A stretch of DNA of 64,000 nucleotides, taken from the NCBI GenBank assembly GCA_024704765.1, contig JAKMXF010000365.1, forward strand, positions 62,001 to 126,000. The letters are read 5' to 3'. Positions 48,001 through 60,400 of this stretch are shown piece after piece. Under the pieces are notes generated by a model. That model worked only from the letters and a program-made list of their open reading frames with translations, had not been told where the DNA came from and searched no databases. The stretch comes from Oopsacas minuta (lineage: Eukaryota; Animalia; Porifera). The position numbers were made by a program, and so were the translations under genes. Numbering within the stretch: position 1 is the first letter of the stretch; the number at the start of each line of letters is the position of its first letter.

Positions 48001-48681
48001 AAAATTGATTGGCTAAAATTCATCACCATCATCTAACAATCACAACACTCAGATTCCTTCCTGAGGACATCAACCACCCTGTCTACTAGATCTGCCCCCT
48101 CTGTATAGTGTCCCTTTGCCCAGTTGTTACCTGCACCACTTGGGCATGGATCAGATTATCGGGTCGAAACAGATTCGCCAGGGGACCGCCTCTTATAGTA
48201 TCCATGGTTCCAGGTTCCAAATCAACGAGAAGCGCCCTTGGCACATACTTTCCCCCTTGGGCTTCATTGTAGTACACATTGAGACGTTCTTGTCTCATGG
48301 CAGAAATTTCTGGATCATCATCTGGGATAAATACTCCAGTTGAGTCTATGTTGTGGTCTCTTGCTATTTCCTCCCAAAACTATATGCAAACAACAATAAA
48401 CATATTTGTTTGCTTTTAGTGTCGATATATACTAGAGATTGGAATTTGGCATTTTATGAGTTTTGTGTATCTAGAGCCAGTATTTCACACCTTTCAAATT
48501 TTGCTTGAATTATTCAACTTTACATTTATGCAAGGCACCAAACCCAGGGGGAGCAGGATGTTCCCATGACCCCCATGGGTCTTTCAAGTTATTAAAAGTG
48601 ATAATATACACCAATACAACATACCTTGCTTCCTATCTGGTTGCCACACTGGCCAACTTGCACATGGACTATTTCTCTCAT
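48001..48681 (-). pseudogene. Beta-tubulin pseudogene, head-to-head with the intact gene
   Basis: Exon 1 [19 protein letters not shown]; exon 2 nearly identical to 49891-50230 but with a 1-bp deletion (CCCAAGTGGT vs CCCAAAGTGGT, ~48140) and a deletion that joins ..GATTG directly to the 3' end (TAGATGATGG..AGCCAATCAATTTT). Confidence 0.9.
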
Positions 48682-49547
48682 TTTGTTTTAGTGTTGGAGA
48701 AAATGGATTTGAATTCCAAATATTCTCCATCCTTGGCTTATTTATAACTGGAACTATACCATACAATATAAAAGTGTCATAGAATTAATATTTGGTTTCC
48801 AAATATGTGTAACTATAGAAAATGTACATTATTCGAGCTTCAAAAATTCTTTGAATAGTATTCATCACCTTGGTGATTGTTTTAACTTTGGTATGTGTTC
48901 ATATAATTTCTGTTGTATAATTGGTGGTTAATATCAATTATTCGGTTAATTAGTTCCATATGAAACTAGAGACTTAAATGGGCCAAATACATACCTATCT
49001 TCCGACTGTCGTTGCCATGTTTTGAGAAATTTTCATACAAATTCTCTGATAAATATTCACATTTTCTAGCAGTTTCAGTCCTATCATATTTTAATGAATT
49101 CTAGGATTGCCAGAAATCTTGTTAGATATCTGAATTTAATTTGACAGAAGTTTCTCAAACGGCCGTGTGTTCCATCTCAGCGACACTTTAATGGGATCCG
49201 ACAGCAGGGGCGGCCCCAAGATTTGAATAGCCCAGGGCGAATGAACCGCTTGCACCCCCAGGACCGCCCAACTTGTACACAAAATCTCCTGTCATATCTA
49301 GGTAACGACGAGAGTATGTGTTAGTTATTCATACCATAATATATGATATTAAATTCATGAAGCTTATACAATTCAATTACAATAGCATCGCTATAACTGA
49401 AACCCAATATCCACGTATATTAATTCTATGCCACAAACCTTGTATGCTCTAGTTATAGTTATAGTTCCAGTTTGTATATATAAGCCAGTCTGAAGATGGA
49501 AAGTATATTCAAATTCAAGCTCAACTTCTTCACACGACGTAGCCAAA

Positions 49548-51177
49548 ATGAGGGAAATTATTCACGTGCAAGTTGGACAGTGTGGCAACCAAATTGGAAC
49601 TAAGGTATGCTAGATTTAGTTCATAATTTGTATATTTTAGCCCAATCAGATTGTGGGGTTTATGGAATGATATGGTTTCAAAAATTCATTAAAATTAATT
49701 TGGTAAAATATAAATCGGAACAGACGGTGATTAAGATTTTGTTATTATTAGAAAACATTTCTGTTGTTATTTAATAAATTATCTTAATCTGGAAGGTGTG
49801 AAATACAATATATCTAATCCCCATAAAATATGCATATATGTATATCGACACTAAAAGCAAACAAATATGTTTATTGTTGTTTGCATATAGTTTTGGGAGG
49901 AAATAGCAAGAGACCACAACATAGACTCAACTGGAGTATTTATCCCAGATGATGATCCAGAAATTTCTGCCATGAGACAAGAACGTCTCAATGTGTACTA
50001 CAATGAAGCCCAAGGGGGCAAGTATGTGCCAAGGGCGCTTCTCGTTGATTTGGAACCTGGAACTATGGATACTATAAGAGGCGGTCCCCTGGCGAATCTG
50101 TTTCGACCCGATAATCTGATCCATGCCCAAAGTGGTGCAGGTAACAACTGGGCAAAGGGACACTATACAGAGGGGGCAGATTTAGTGGATAGGGTGGTTG
50201 ATGTCCTCAGGAAGGAATCCGAGGGTTGTGATTGTATGCAAGGGTTCCAATTGACCCATTCACTAGGTGGTGGTACTGGTTCAGGTTTGGGTACTCTACT
50301 CATTTCTAAGATTAAAGAGGAATACCCCGATAGGATAATGATGTCATTCAGTGTCGTGCCATCTCCAAAAGTCTCCGATACTGTTGTTGAGCCATACAAC
50401 GCTGTGTTGTCAACTCATCAGCTGATCGATAACACCGATCAAACATTCTGCATTGACAACGAAGCATTGCATGATATTTGCAAACGAGTTTTGAAACTGG
50501 ACAAAGCAAACTACACTGAATTGAACCATCTTATCTGTTGTGCTATGTCTGGAGTAACCTCGTGTCTCCGTTTCCCTGGACAACTGAACGCTGATCTAAG
50601 GAAGCTGGCTGTTAACATGGTTCCTTTCCCTCGACTACATTTCTTCATGCCAGGATTTGCCCCCTTGGTCTCTTCGGACACCAAAAGCTATCAAGCCCAG
50701 ACCGTCGGAGAACTAACACAACAGATGTTTGACTCAAAACATTGTATGGCAGCATGTGACCCTCGCAACGGGAAATATTTGACAGTGGCAGCAATTTTCC
50801 GCGGTAAGGTTGCCATGAAGGAGGTAGATGACCAGATGGTGTCGATGCAAACCAAAAACAGCGCCTATTTCGTAGAATGGATCCCGTCAAATGTGAAAAC
50901 CGCGGTTTGTGACGTGGCGCCAAAGAACAGCCCAATGTCTGCAACTTCCATGGCCAACACGACCGCATTAAAGACCCTATTCGAACGATTAATCGAGCAG
51001 TTCAATAAAATGTTCAAACGTAAGGCATTCCTCCATTTCTACACTGGAGAAGGGATGGATGAAATGGAATTCACAGAGGCCCAATCAAATGTAAATGACA
51101 TGATCACTGAATACCAGCAGTATGAAGATGCATCACTAGATGATGGAGGTCAAGGAGATGAATTAGGCGATGATTAA
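49548..51177 (+). CDS. TUBB: Divergent beta-tubulin (exons 49548-49604 and 49891-51177)
   Basis: MREI start, [59 protein letters not shown]. Confidence 0.95.
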
Positions 51178-51676
51178 GCCAATCAATTTTCAGAGTGTGT
51201 TTAGTTAGTATTAGGCCTTGATAAGTGTGTGTATGTTTATATTTGTTGAATTATTAGTATGCTGTATTATATTGATTATTACTGAATATGGATAGTGCTA
51301 ATTCTATAAGCGGGGAATTCTACGGAAATTTTCTTGAATATTCAATTATTTTACTAATGTGGAAAGAAATTACGTATTTATCGCTATGTATGAATCGAGT
51401 TTTTGGGTTTCTCAGAAAAATAATAATTGCAAATTTGTGTATTCAACCTTAGAGCATTCTATAATAATCAAATATTATTGATAAGAGTCGTTGGAGGAAT
51501 ATATTGAAACTCGGGATAAAGGAAATTTACATTTGAAATTGCACAAATGAGGATTATCAGGAGATTCGCCGACTCGACTTTCCCCATTTGATAGAAGTTC
51601 TACTGTATTTGATGAATTAATGGGTAGTCTGTATTCCCTTTAAGTTTGTCTCGTTAGTCAGTAAATATATTCTGAA

Positions 51677-52065
51677 ATTCAACTACACAATATATTTACT
51701 AACTAACGGGTGAAGAGTAGTGGCAGACCTCCTTTAACACGCTTAATTAACATATTTAGAAGTTGAATCATTGAAATATTTTCCATGAATTGGACACTTC
51801 GTATTATGATAAAGTCATCAAATAATGATATAATGATAAGTCCCTTGTTGATGAGAAACTTGTTTCAGCTCCACATGGTGTACATCGAAGCATGCGGGCG
51901 GATGGCATTTCATATATCATTATTTGATGACTTTATCATAATACAAAGTGTCCAATTCATTGAAATATTAATGACTCTAATTCTAAATATGTTAATCAAG
52001 GGTGTTAAAGGAGGTCTGTCACTACTATTCACCCGTTAGTTAGTAAATATATTGTGTAGTTGAAT
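51677..52065. mobile_element. Foldback/MITE-like element with about 155-bp inverted arms
   Basis: 51677-51832 is the reverse complement (few mismatches) of 51913-52065. Confidence 0.85.
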
Positions 52066-52282
52066 ATTGACAATATTCACGTGACATGTAAACTTGATGC
52101 TGGTGGTGGAACTGAAACAAGTCTCTCATTAATGGCCAATTTTCATAAGAAATAAACATAACTTTGATGTGCAAATTAATCTTACATGTTATTTAGAATA
52201 TATTGATGTAAATATGTAAACAAATAACAGATAGACAATATTGTATATATTTATGTGTATTATGGTATATGTGTTAAGTGAA

Positions 52283-53180
52283 TTATGTGTTCCACTTCCA
52301 AATAAGTCCAATAGTTTCTGTTAAATTGTTGATTATTCCTGTTTGTGATTTTGGAGGTTCCTTTTTGTTTGTTTCTTGAGTTATCTTTCTGAGTGATGAA
52401 TTGGAATTTGAACTATTCGAATCTAAAAGAAATAAGGTTGGGATGGAAGTAATGAGTGTACTTACTGGGATTGGAGTTTCACACTTCTAAAAAGTGGCGA
52501 TGACCAATATTTTTAGAACTTCGGATTATGACTATATCAACTTGAAAAATATGTTTAGCAGCTATTGCTATTTCTTATTGAACCATGGATGTATTTGACT
52601 GTATGCAAGTTCGACATGGCATTCCACTCATTCATGGTTAAATATCTGACAAGCATATAGGATGGGTTTTGTCATAACAGAGCGCCTCAAAATGATGTCT
52701 GGAACGAAATATGGGTATTCAGTTAGTATGTACTTCGAGTAATTGTTATCATTTGTCTGAACAATATGTAAATTGAATTTCAACACCTTTTTAGAGGCTA
52801 TCCAATTTCTTACCGTTAAAAAAAGAAGAAATATCCTCAACTGATCCACCAATTTTCTTATTGCATTTCCTTCTAATCCCTGTTCCAGAATCAGTTAAAT
52901 CGTTTCTCGTGGTAGCTAGATCCCGCCATTTTTCCAAATGCACTGATCCTTTCACATTCTTTACGAGCTTCACGTTGCCATGGTGAGATAGCAATTTTCT
53001 ATTAAGAAATTTTGGTTTACATTCCGGCGAATAGATACCGTAATTGGTACTATAAATTTGTTCCGGTTTAGATTTTAACTTGGTTCCATAAGGGTCTTCA
53101 TCTGTACTCTCGGTATCACTTATATCCAGAAATGTAACAGATTTTGATTTTGGTAAAGTTGGTCTTCTGCTCGCTACCAC
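52283..53180 (-). CDS. Unknown protein, last two exons (53180-52814 and 52422-52283), with KSVTF motif; 5' end unresolved
   Basis: AG acceptor before 53180, GTAAGA donor at 52813, in-frame acceptor at 52423 leading to ..LIWKWNT*. Confidence 0.5.
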
Positions 53181-54252
53181 CTACGTATAAAGTATAAATT
53201 ACGCGCCACTGGGCGGGGAAATGTTTAAATAGGCGCCAACACCTTTTACAATTTCTCTGGATTTCAGGTATCCCCGAAAATATCCAAAACATTGCAAAAA
53301 TTATTTTCAAATTTCCCCGAAATTGGACAAAAGTGAGACAACTTCAAATCCTAAAAACAGGCGCCACATTATACTCCATCCTAGAGACAACAAAAGGTAA
53401 TTGGAATTTCAAACTAGCTTAATTAAATTATACAGCACAGAGGTAGGAATTTGAAAGGCGGGATTTTCATATATTAGGTCAGATCTGGTTACCAATAGAC
53501 GATAGCACTAACTAGCTGATACCTGAACTCTCCTATATATTCTGAGAATTTAATTCAGTAATTATGTATCGAATATCTCAGGTGTTAAATATTATTATGT
53601 AAAGATTAAATAGCTTATCACCAATCCATAGCAACGGAGTTATTGAACTTTAATCTAGACGAGCCTTTGGTTCGTCGCTTCGTGATGAACTCGGCACATT
53701 GCGCCTCGAGGTATCCAGCATTCTCCAAATTGACGGCTCCTCTTTGAGTATTATAATATGGACAAACGTATATGGCAAATGTATTATTGAATTATTTAGA
53801 TAAAGCCCCCCTTTGAAGTTGTGAGAGCAAGTATCTACGTACATTTTGATATTAGGATAATTTGTTTACTTTATATTCATTAAAACAACAATAAATTTAC
53901 ATATGATTAATCCAAAAGTGTGAAAATCGATATATTTAGAAAAGTTTTAATGAATTCAATTTACTTCCTTGACAACAGACAAACAAACAAACAAACAAAC
54001 AACAATTGTAGGCACGAAGTGTCCGAGTATTTTCCCGTGTAACGTCCAAAAGTACAGGGGAAATTAATATATGAGTCAACTTCAGTTTGGTTATATTGAA
54101 ATTTTTACGAACAGTCAGACGTTTATCTGCCACTTCACCAGTAATGAGGGACACAAAGTGTCGACCTATGTTACCGTCCTAAGAGAGCCACTTTAAGAAA
54201 AAGTGTCGCCTCAGATAAATACGAAACAATATATGATTTAATATTTGTATAA

Positions 54253-55536
54253 CTACACATTACTCATTACATGCTTCAATTCCTCTCCAACACAACAGGC
54301 AACGATAGAAGCATGGTCCAATTTCCCAGTTGCTGATTTAATTTTTTCGTGCAATTCAGGGTTTTTTTCTCTTAAAACGGCGCGTGTAGGGTAATCGCTG
54401 CTTAGAGCTAACTCAAGGGCGCTACGTTTCTCTTGTGTAGCTGAAAGAGCGTAGTTAACCATCGCGACACATAGTTCTTGTGAAGTGGACACAATTCCTT
54501 CCTGTTTGGAGAAATAGTCTTTGACAACTTCCGACATTTTGAGATGAATTTTTTCCACGCGGGTTAGTGATTTTGAGTTTTTGAAAATTTTCTGTAAAAA
54601 TTTTCCATAAGTTAAAGGAATTTCTATTTTAGGCTCAGCGAAGGTGTTAAACCTTGTGTCAAAATTATCTGTTATTCCGTCTGAAACCAGAAATACGATT
54701 TCATTTGGCTGCACGCGGGAGTACGAAATCACGAGGTTGTCCAAATCAGGGTCAATACCAACTTGGGGACCTAAACACCCACCACAATCCGTCACACCTT
54801 CTCTCTCGACACGTGCTTGGAGTGCTCTGATTAGTTTCGTATTCGGATCGTATACGAAAGATGAAGAGTCCCCGAGACTTAGACTCAAAGCTGCCCATTC
54901 TGTGCCATTCTCACTTTTCATGGGACATACTACCGTTATTAGAAGTGTCGTTAAAGTGGCATCATTATCCAAAATAAGTTGTTGAGCTTCAAACATAGCA
55001 TCAATCATTATTTTACAGATTTTATGGGTGCTTCTCATTTCTTGTAATTTCGAGTTTAAATGATCCAACGCAGCTCTTACAGCACTTCTAGCCGCCAGTC
55101 TCGGTTTAACGCCCCATCCGCAGCCGTCTGCCAGTGCCATAAACGAACAGTTCTTTCGTCTGACCACTCCGAAAACGTCCGCAATCGGTTCACCCACTGT
55201 CCTACCCTTTGTCTTGTCCTCTTCATAAAGGGACACCGCTACACCATACGCATTTTGGTTCCATTTTTGGCCCCAGTGTATACCGTTGTGTTCCGTAGGG
55301 GACTTGTGCTTCTTGACGGCGTCTTCTTGCCAAGTTATCCCCGCCTCTGGTCCCGTGTAAGCGGAGATCACTGTCGGTTCGAGGTAGGAAATAAATCGGA
55401 AGGGAATTGGTGCAAATGATGAGAAGTTAACTTCATGACTTTTTGGGAATTTTATAAATTCTGGTTTTATTTGCACGAAATTTGAAGATTTGAAAATATC
55501 TGGAAAAGAATTTGGCGAACCTTTTCTTTCAAGCAT
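54253..55536 (-). CDS. PP2C-like domain protein (Drosophila CG9801-type), intronless
   Basis: AYGVAVSLYE..GEPIAD, LADGCGWG..PRLAA, LGDS, DCGGCLGP..G.DPDLDNL, VSDGITDN, GKLDHAS. Confidence 0.85.
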   Translation of the reverse strand: MLERKGSPNSFPDIFKSSNFVQIKPEFIKFPKSHEVNFSSFAPIPFRFISYLEPTVISAYTGPEAGITWQEDAVKKHKSPTEHNGIHWGQKWNQNAYGVAVSLYEEDKTKGRTVGEPIADVFGVVRRKNCSFMALADGCGWGVKPRLAARSAVRAALDHLNSKLQEMRSTHKICKIMIDAMFEAQQLILDNDATLTTLLITVVCPMKSENGTEWAALSLSLGDSSSFVYDPNTKLIRALQARVEREGVTDCGGCLGPQVGIDPDLDNLVISYSRVQPNEIVFLVSDGITDNFDTRFNTFAEPKIEIPLTYGKFLQKIFKNSKSLTRVEKIHLKMSEVVKDYFSKQEGIVSTSQELCVAMVNYALSATQEKRSALELALSSDYPTRAVLREKNPELHEKIKSATGKLDHASIVACCVGEELKHVMSNV

Positions 55537-56240
55537 TTTGTTTATTCCTTTTAATTAATTCTCTTGTTTATATGCATATATTATTGGTATTTATGCTAAG
55601 CTCTTTAGAAATTGCAATATCAACTTTCAGGATATTTTGTGACCTATTTGAGAAGAAATTGAGTAATGTGTATGCATGAGTTCAAAGCACTGACTGTATC
55701 GAATATACGCATTATGACTTGTAAATGTGGCACAAAGGTGGGACAGTAGACACAATTTGTGAACTCCAACTATTAGTGCACACGTCATTTAGTAGATTAT
55801 TTGATTAATCAGTTTCCAGGGAGAGTTCATTGAAAAACTATGAATTCAAAATTGAAATTCTACGCGTGTTTTGTGGCACAATTGTGCCACTTCTAATGTC
55901 ATTCACAGGTGGCGCAATATTTGTCGCAATGATACCCTCCCTCCCTGAGGGGTGTAGCCAAATACCAACGAGGTAACCATGGAAACTGGGACATGGATCA
56001 AAATAACCTCATTTATATTATACACAATATTTGGCGCTATATTTCAGTACATAAACAGAACGTGATTACAAAAGTATTCGAAAACCTGTCACAATTGCCA
56101 CATTAGTTGCTTAGACTGAAGAATCGATTGCTATATTAACAGAATACTCAACATATTATCCTCGTGTGCTATTATTGTAATAGTGTTTAATACTTTTAAC
56201 AAATCATTAAAGCTCTTAAAGTCATACAATCTTTGACATA

Positions 56241-56327
56241 CATTAGACTCTGCTTAATAGAGTTTAATCTGTATCAGAGACCATTGTGACCCGATTAACC
56301 GGTAGCTCTATTAAGCAGAGTCTACTG
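56241..56327. mobile_element. Tc1/mariner-type MITE with TA flanks
   Basis: 22-bp TIR CA[T/G]TAGACTCTGCTTAATAGAG; TA on both sides. Confidence 0.8.
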
Positions 56328-56360
56328 TAATTTGTTTATTTGTTACTAATTATAGAAATT

Positions 56361-56708
56361 ATGGCAAGCAAACAAACAACAACAATAATAAACTCAGCTT
56401 ACGAATTCTACCAAAAAACACTTAATTCACCTAAATTCATACTAGCGCCAATGGTTGATCAATCTGAACTTCCTTTTCGTATGCTATGTCGTAATTTTGG
56501 CGCACAACTTTGCTTCACTCCCATGTTACACTCAGGAATGTTCTTAAAAGATAAGAATTACCGCGCTAAAAATTTCACAACAGTTCCCAAAGACAGACCA
56601 CTAATTGTACAATTTTGTGCTAATGATCCTGTAATTTTATTGGAGGCTGCACGTCTGGTTGAGGACCGATGTGATGGTGTTGATATCAATCTCGGGTGTC
56701 CACAGACC
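56361..56708 (+). pseudogene. DUS1L: 5' part of tRNA-dihydrouridine synthase DUS1L, cut by a hAT MITE; 3' part not found in the window
   Basis: [49 protein letters not shown], followed directly by transposon sequence and a stop. Confidence 0.7.
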
Positions 56709-57134
56709 CAGTGCCGGATTTAGGTATGTGGGGGACCTGTTCGAGGGCAATTCCCGGGGTGCCTGAAGCCAATTCAAAGCCGTCACGGTTCGACCACCCA
56801 CCTCAATTTAGAATGCTTGTCTTTAAGTATTCAAATTTTTCATATGTAAAATTCGACCCTTCGCCCAGTGGCAGTATGGCAGGACTTGTCATGACCTCTA
56901 ATTATTTAGTAGTACGAAATATATCATGAACATACAATAACTAGAATTACTCTACAAGATTACTTTGCGTGCTTTTCTGGACGGAAAGTCATTAATAATG
57001 TCAGGAAAGTCAAAGGTTTCTAGTATAAAGTTTATATTGATTAAAGTGGAACTACAGCGTGTATAAATTAATTACGTTGAGTTGTGGGGCCCCTGTTCGG
57101 TCGGACACTCTGAACATCCCTAAATCCGGTGCTG
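56709..57134. mobile_element. hAT-type MITE (426 bp)
   Basis: TIRs CAGTGCCGGATTTAGG / CCTAAATCCGGTGCTG; 8-bp flanks CACAGACC and CACAGACT (one mismatch). Confidence 0.75.
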
Positions 57135-57430
57135 CACAGACCTCCGGATTAACCGGTAGCTCAATTAGGTGGAGTCTCTGATGAGATCATATTTCATTAG
57201 CACTTTATGATATCGAATTGTTTTTCAGACAAAATAATAACGTCAATAATAATGGGAGTGATAACTTGTAGATCTACCCTTAGGGATATATCTGATAACA
57301 AATATGTGAACTCTATAAATGCTTTCAATGATATAAATTCGAATTCATTAAATGGACAATACTCAATGATGTGAAGTGTTTGGAGTGATTGCTTGTTGGT
57401 TATTAGATTATTAAGCAAAGGGCAAAGTGT

Positions 57431-60400
57431 TTATGGGCTGAGTGGCTTCATGAAGGCGCGCGTGGGCGCCATTTCAATATCATTCTATAACTATTTCATT
57501 AGTTATACTTACTAATACACTCTTAACAGCTCTGTTCCAATTACTAATAAGCTTTATCTGTACTAAAATTAGAATTATCAAGTTTCTAAATATAGAAATT
57601 TAAGGTACCGAATTTGTCCAATAGAATTACAGTCTACAATCAATACAAATACATTACAGAGCTAATTAAATTACAAACATTCCATCAGAACTAATCTTAT
57701 GTATTTATGACTAATTATAATATCCTACAATCTGATTGGGGTAAAATACAGAAGTGTCTAAAAAGGTGTGAAAATATACGCATTATATATTTTTCAAAGG
57801 TCAGGTGTACAACTAGATGTCACTAGAGTGCACATGCCAAATTAGGTGTCTTAATATCTAAAGGTGTGAATAGCAGAGCTATCACATTATAATATATGAA
57901 ATCAATATTTTGTTATTCAAAAATTGGAAATTATACAAAAACAAGTTTACTGAGAAAGAACTTTCAACCACATTCCTTACAGTATCCTAGCAACGAGACA
58001 CAAACATACACCTGCATAACCTCGTGTTTGTTATGCAATATATACTCATATCATCTCATATATATACACTAGATTTCCCTAGCAACCAATTCCTATATCA
58101 ACTATTCGTACATATTCATCAACAAAATGGCAGAACATTACCCAATCGCCCCTCAAATCGTAGACCCAATAGAGACACACATCAACTACACAATAGATGG
58201 TCTCATCGGGCTACTGAACGTCCGTAGAGCTCAGCTACTGGAGCTAGTCCGTAACATACGAGAGGACAAGAGAGCCACGGAGATCGCTAGGCAACAAATG
58301 ACTGCCCAACTGACAGAGGCACAGGCACTTCTCCAAGGAGCCCTAAGAGAAAACCCCCTCCAATCCATGCAGGGGAGAATGGTCTGGGAAATGGAGGACA
58401 AATTGAGAGACCTGCGAAACAACGTTCCCGTAGAGACACAATTAAAGTGGAAGTGCGACACACGTGACCTAGAAACAAGCATTTCCTGTCTAGGAGAGAT
58501 CGTACAGGTACCAGTAGCAATGCCAGAGTATGAAAAATTCCAAACGTCCACTGTTGCTACTGGGAAGATAGGTAGAGGTCCTGGCGAGTTAACAGGTCCA
58601 TTTGGTGTAGCTATACATGAAGATACACACCAAATATTCGTAGCTAATAGTCACAATAACAGAGTAGAGATATTCTCTGATACAGGAGAGTACCTCAATC
58701 AACTGGGTGTAGGACAGATGTTATATCCATGGGGTATAGCTATACACAGAGAGAATGTGTATGTCAGCTGCTGGGGAGATAGCACTGTAATTCAATTCAC
58801 ACTAACTGACATGAGTCTTGTTAGGAAGATAGGAGGTGAGGGATCAAACAACGGACAATTCAACTGTCCTTGTCAACTAACAACAGATCTCATCGGTCAC
58901 GTGTTTATAGCAGATATCAATAACCACAGAATCAGCGTACATGACACAGACCTGAACCATCTCCGTAACATTACTCATCAGTCTATGACAAAACCATTTG
59001 ATGTTAAAGTGTCACGTGACCGCGTGTACGTACTGTGTCCATCTAACAACCCGTGTATGCATGTGCTAACCCTAGAAGGAGACAAGCTACACTCCCTCAT
59101 TACCTGTGGACAAAGAATGGATGTGTTACGCCCTTTCTTCTTCTGTCTCGATCCACTTAACAACTTTGTTATTAGCGATTACAGATCTCACTCAATTCGG
59201 GTATTCTCTCCAGAAGGCAATCTCCTACACACGATAGGAACAGAGGGACACCAACAAGGAATGTTATATAAACCCCAAGGAGTAGCTATAACTCCAAACG
59301 GGAGATTAGTTAGTGTGTCAGATAATAAGAACTACGGTCTACAAATATATTACTAGTTTGTTTGTTTGTTTGTTTGCTTATTTGTTTATTGATATATTAA
59401 TTCGAATAAATAAACTCTTATATTGATAAGTTATTAAAAGCTACAAACTAGAAATTTGGTAATTAGGTGTGAAGTGGCAGTATTTCTAAGCTGGAATTTA
59501 TTAGTTCTGAATCTGTTCTAAATTTAGAACAGAACTTACCCTGTCACTTTGGAAGAATTTCTTCTTTGGATCTCTGATACAAATATGACTGTCCGAATCA
59601 CTGCTTGGAGTGGAGTACACATGGTTAGAAACGAGAGGACTTATAGGCCTATGAATTGGAACTAATCGCTGGTTAGTTCCAATTACGTGAGGTTGTGGAG
59701 ATTCAATGGGTGTTGACTGTAAGGCTAAAGCAGATTCTATTTCTGTTGATAGAGGTATTAAAGGATTGTTTAGATCTGTCTTAGTTTTGAGATCATGTAA
59801 CTGAAATAAAAGTATTTTAATTATATTTATCAACAATAACAAAACAATAAATTCGTCACATTTCTTGAGTAACACTTAATTGGTAGTTTACGGGCTTTTT
59901 TCCAGCAAATATGGCGCGTATTTTTACAATTTAAGAGCACTAATTAGCGGACTTTTCTGGCGCGTATTTTAGCATAAATGTGATTGTGTAACATTTTAAT
60001 TTCTAAACAACAGAGGTACGCGCTTTCCAGCAAAATATGGCGCGTATTTCTATATTGTGCGTTAATTGGCATGTTTTTCGGGCGCCAAAATGTAAATACC
60101 TGTGACTCTCTATCTCCTAGCAACGCTTTATATTCTTCATTATCTGACTGCAATTGTAAGACATGACTAGCAACCCACGAGTGCGATTCATTAGTTGTAA
60201 ATAGATCCTGCTTAAGTTGATCATTCTCTTCACTGAGTCTTTTCTGGCGTTCTTGCATTTGTTTGACGGCCTTCGTCAATTCTTGAACTTTATCCTCTGA
60301 GAATAAACAATAACATTCAGGTAGTAAACATCAATAAAGGTGTGAAAATTGATTAATCATATGATGAAAACATCCAATGTTCAGTACAACCAATTCAATG

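Noticed and set aside
50163-50968. Antisense ORFs over beta-tubulin (and similar ones over RPRD1, LCMT1, LITAF, PP2C-like and NHL genes)
   Set aside because: Shadow frames of real coding sequence with no independent features.
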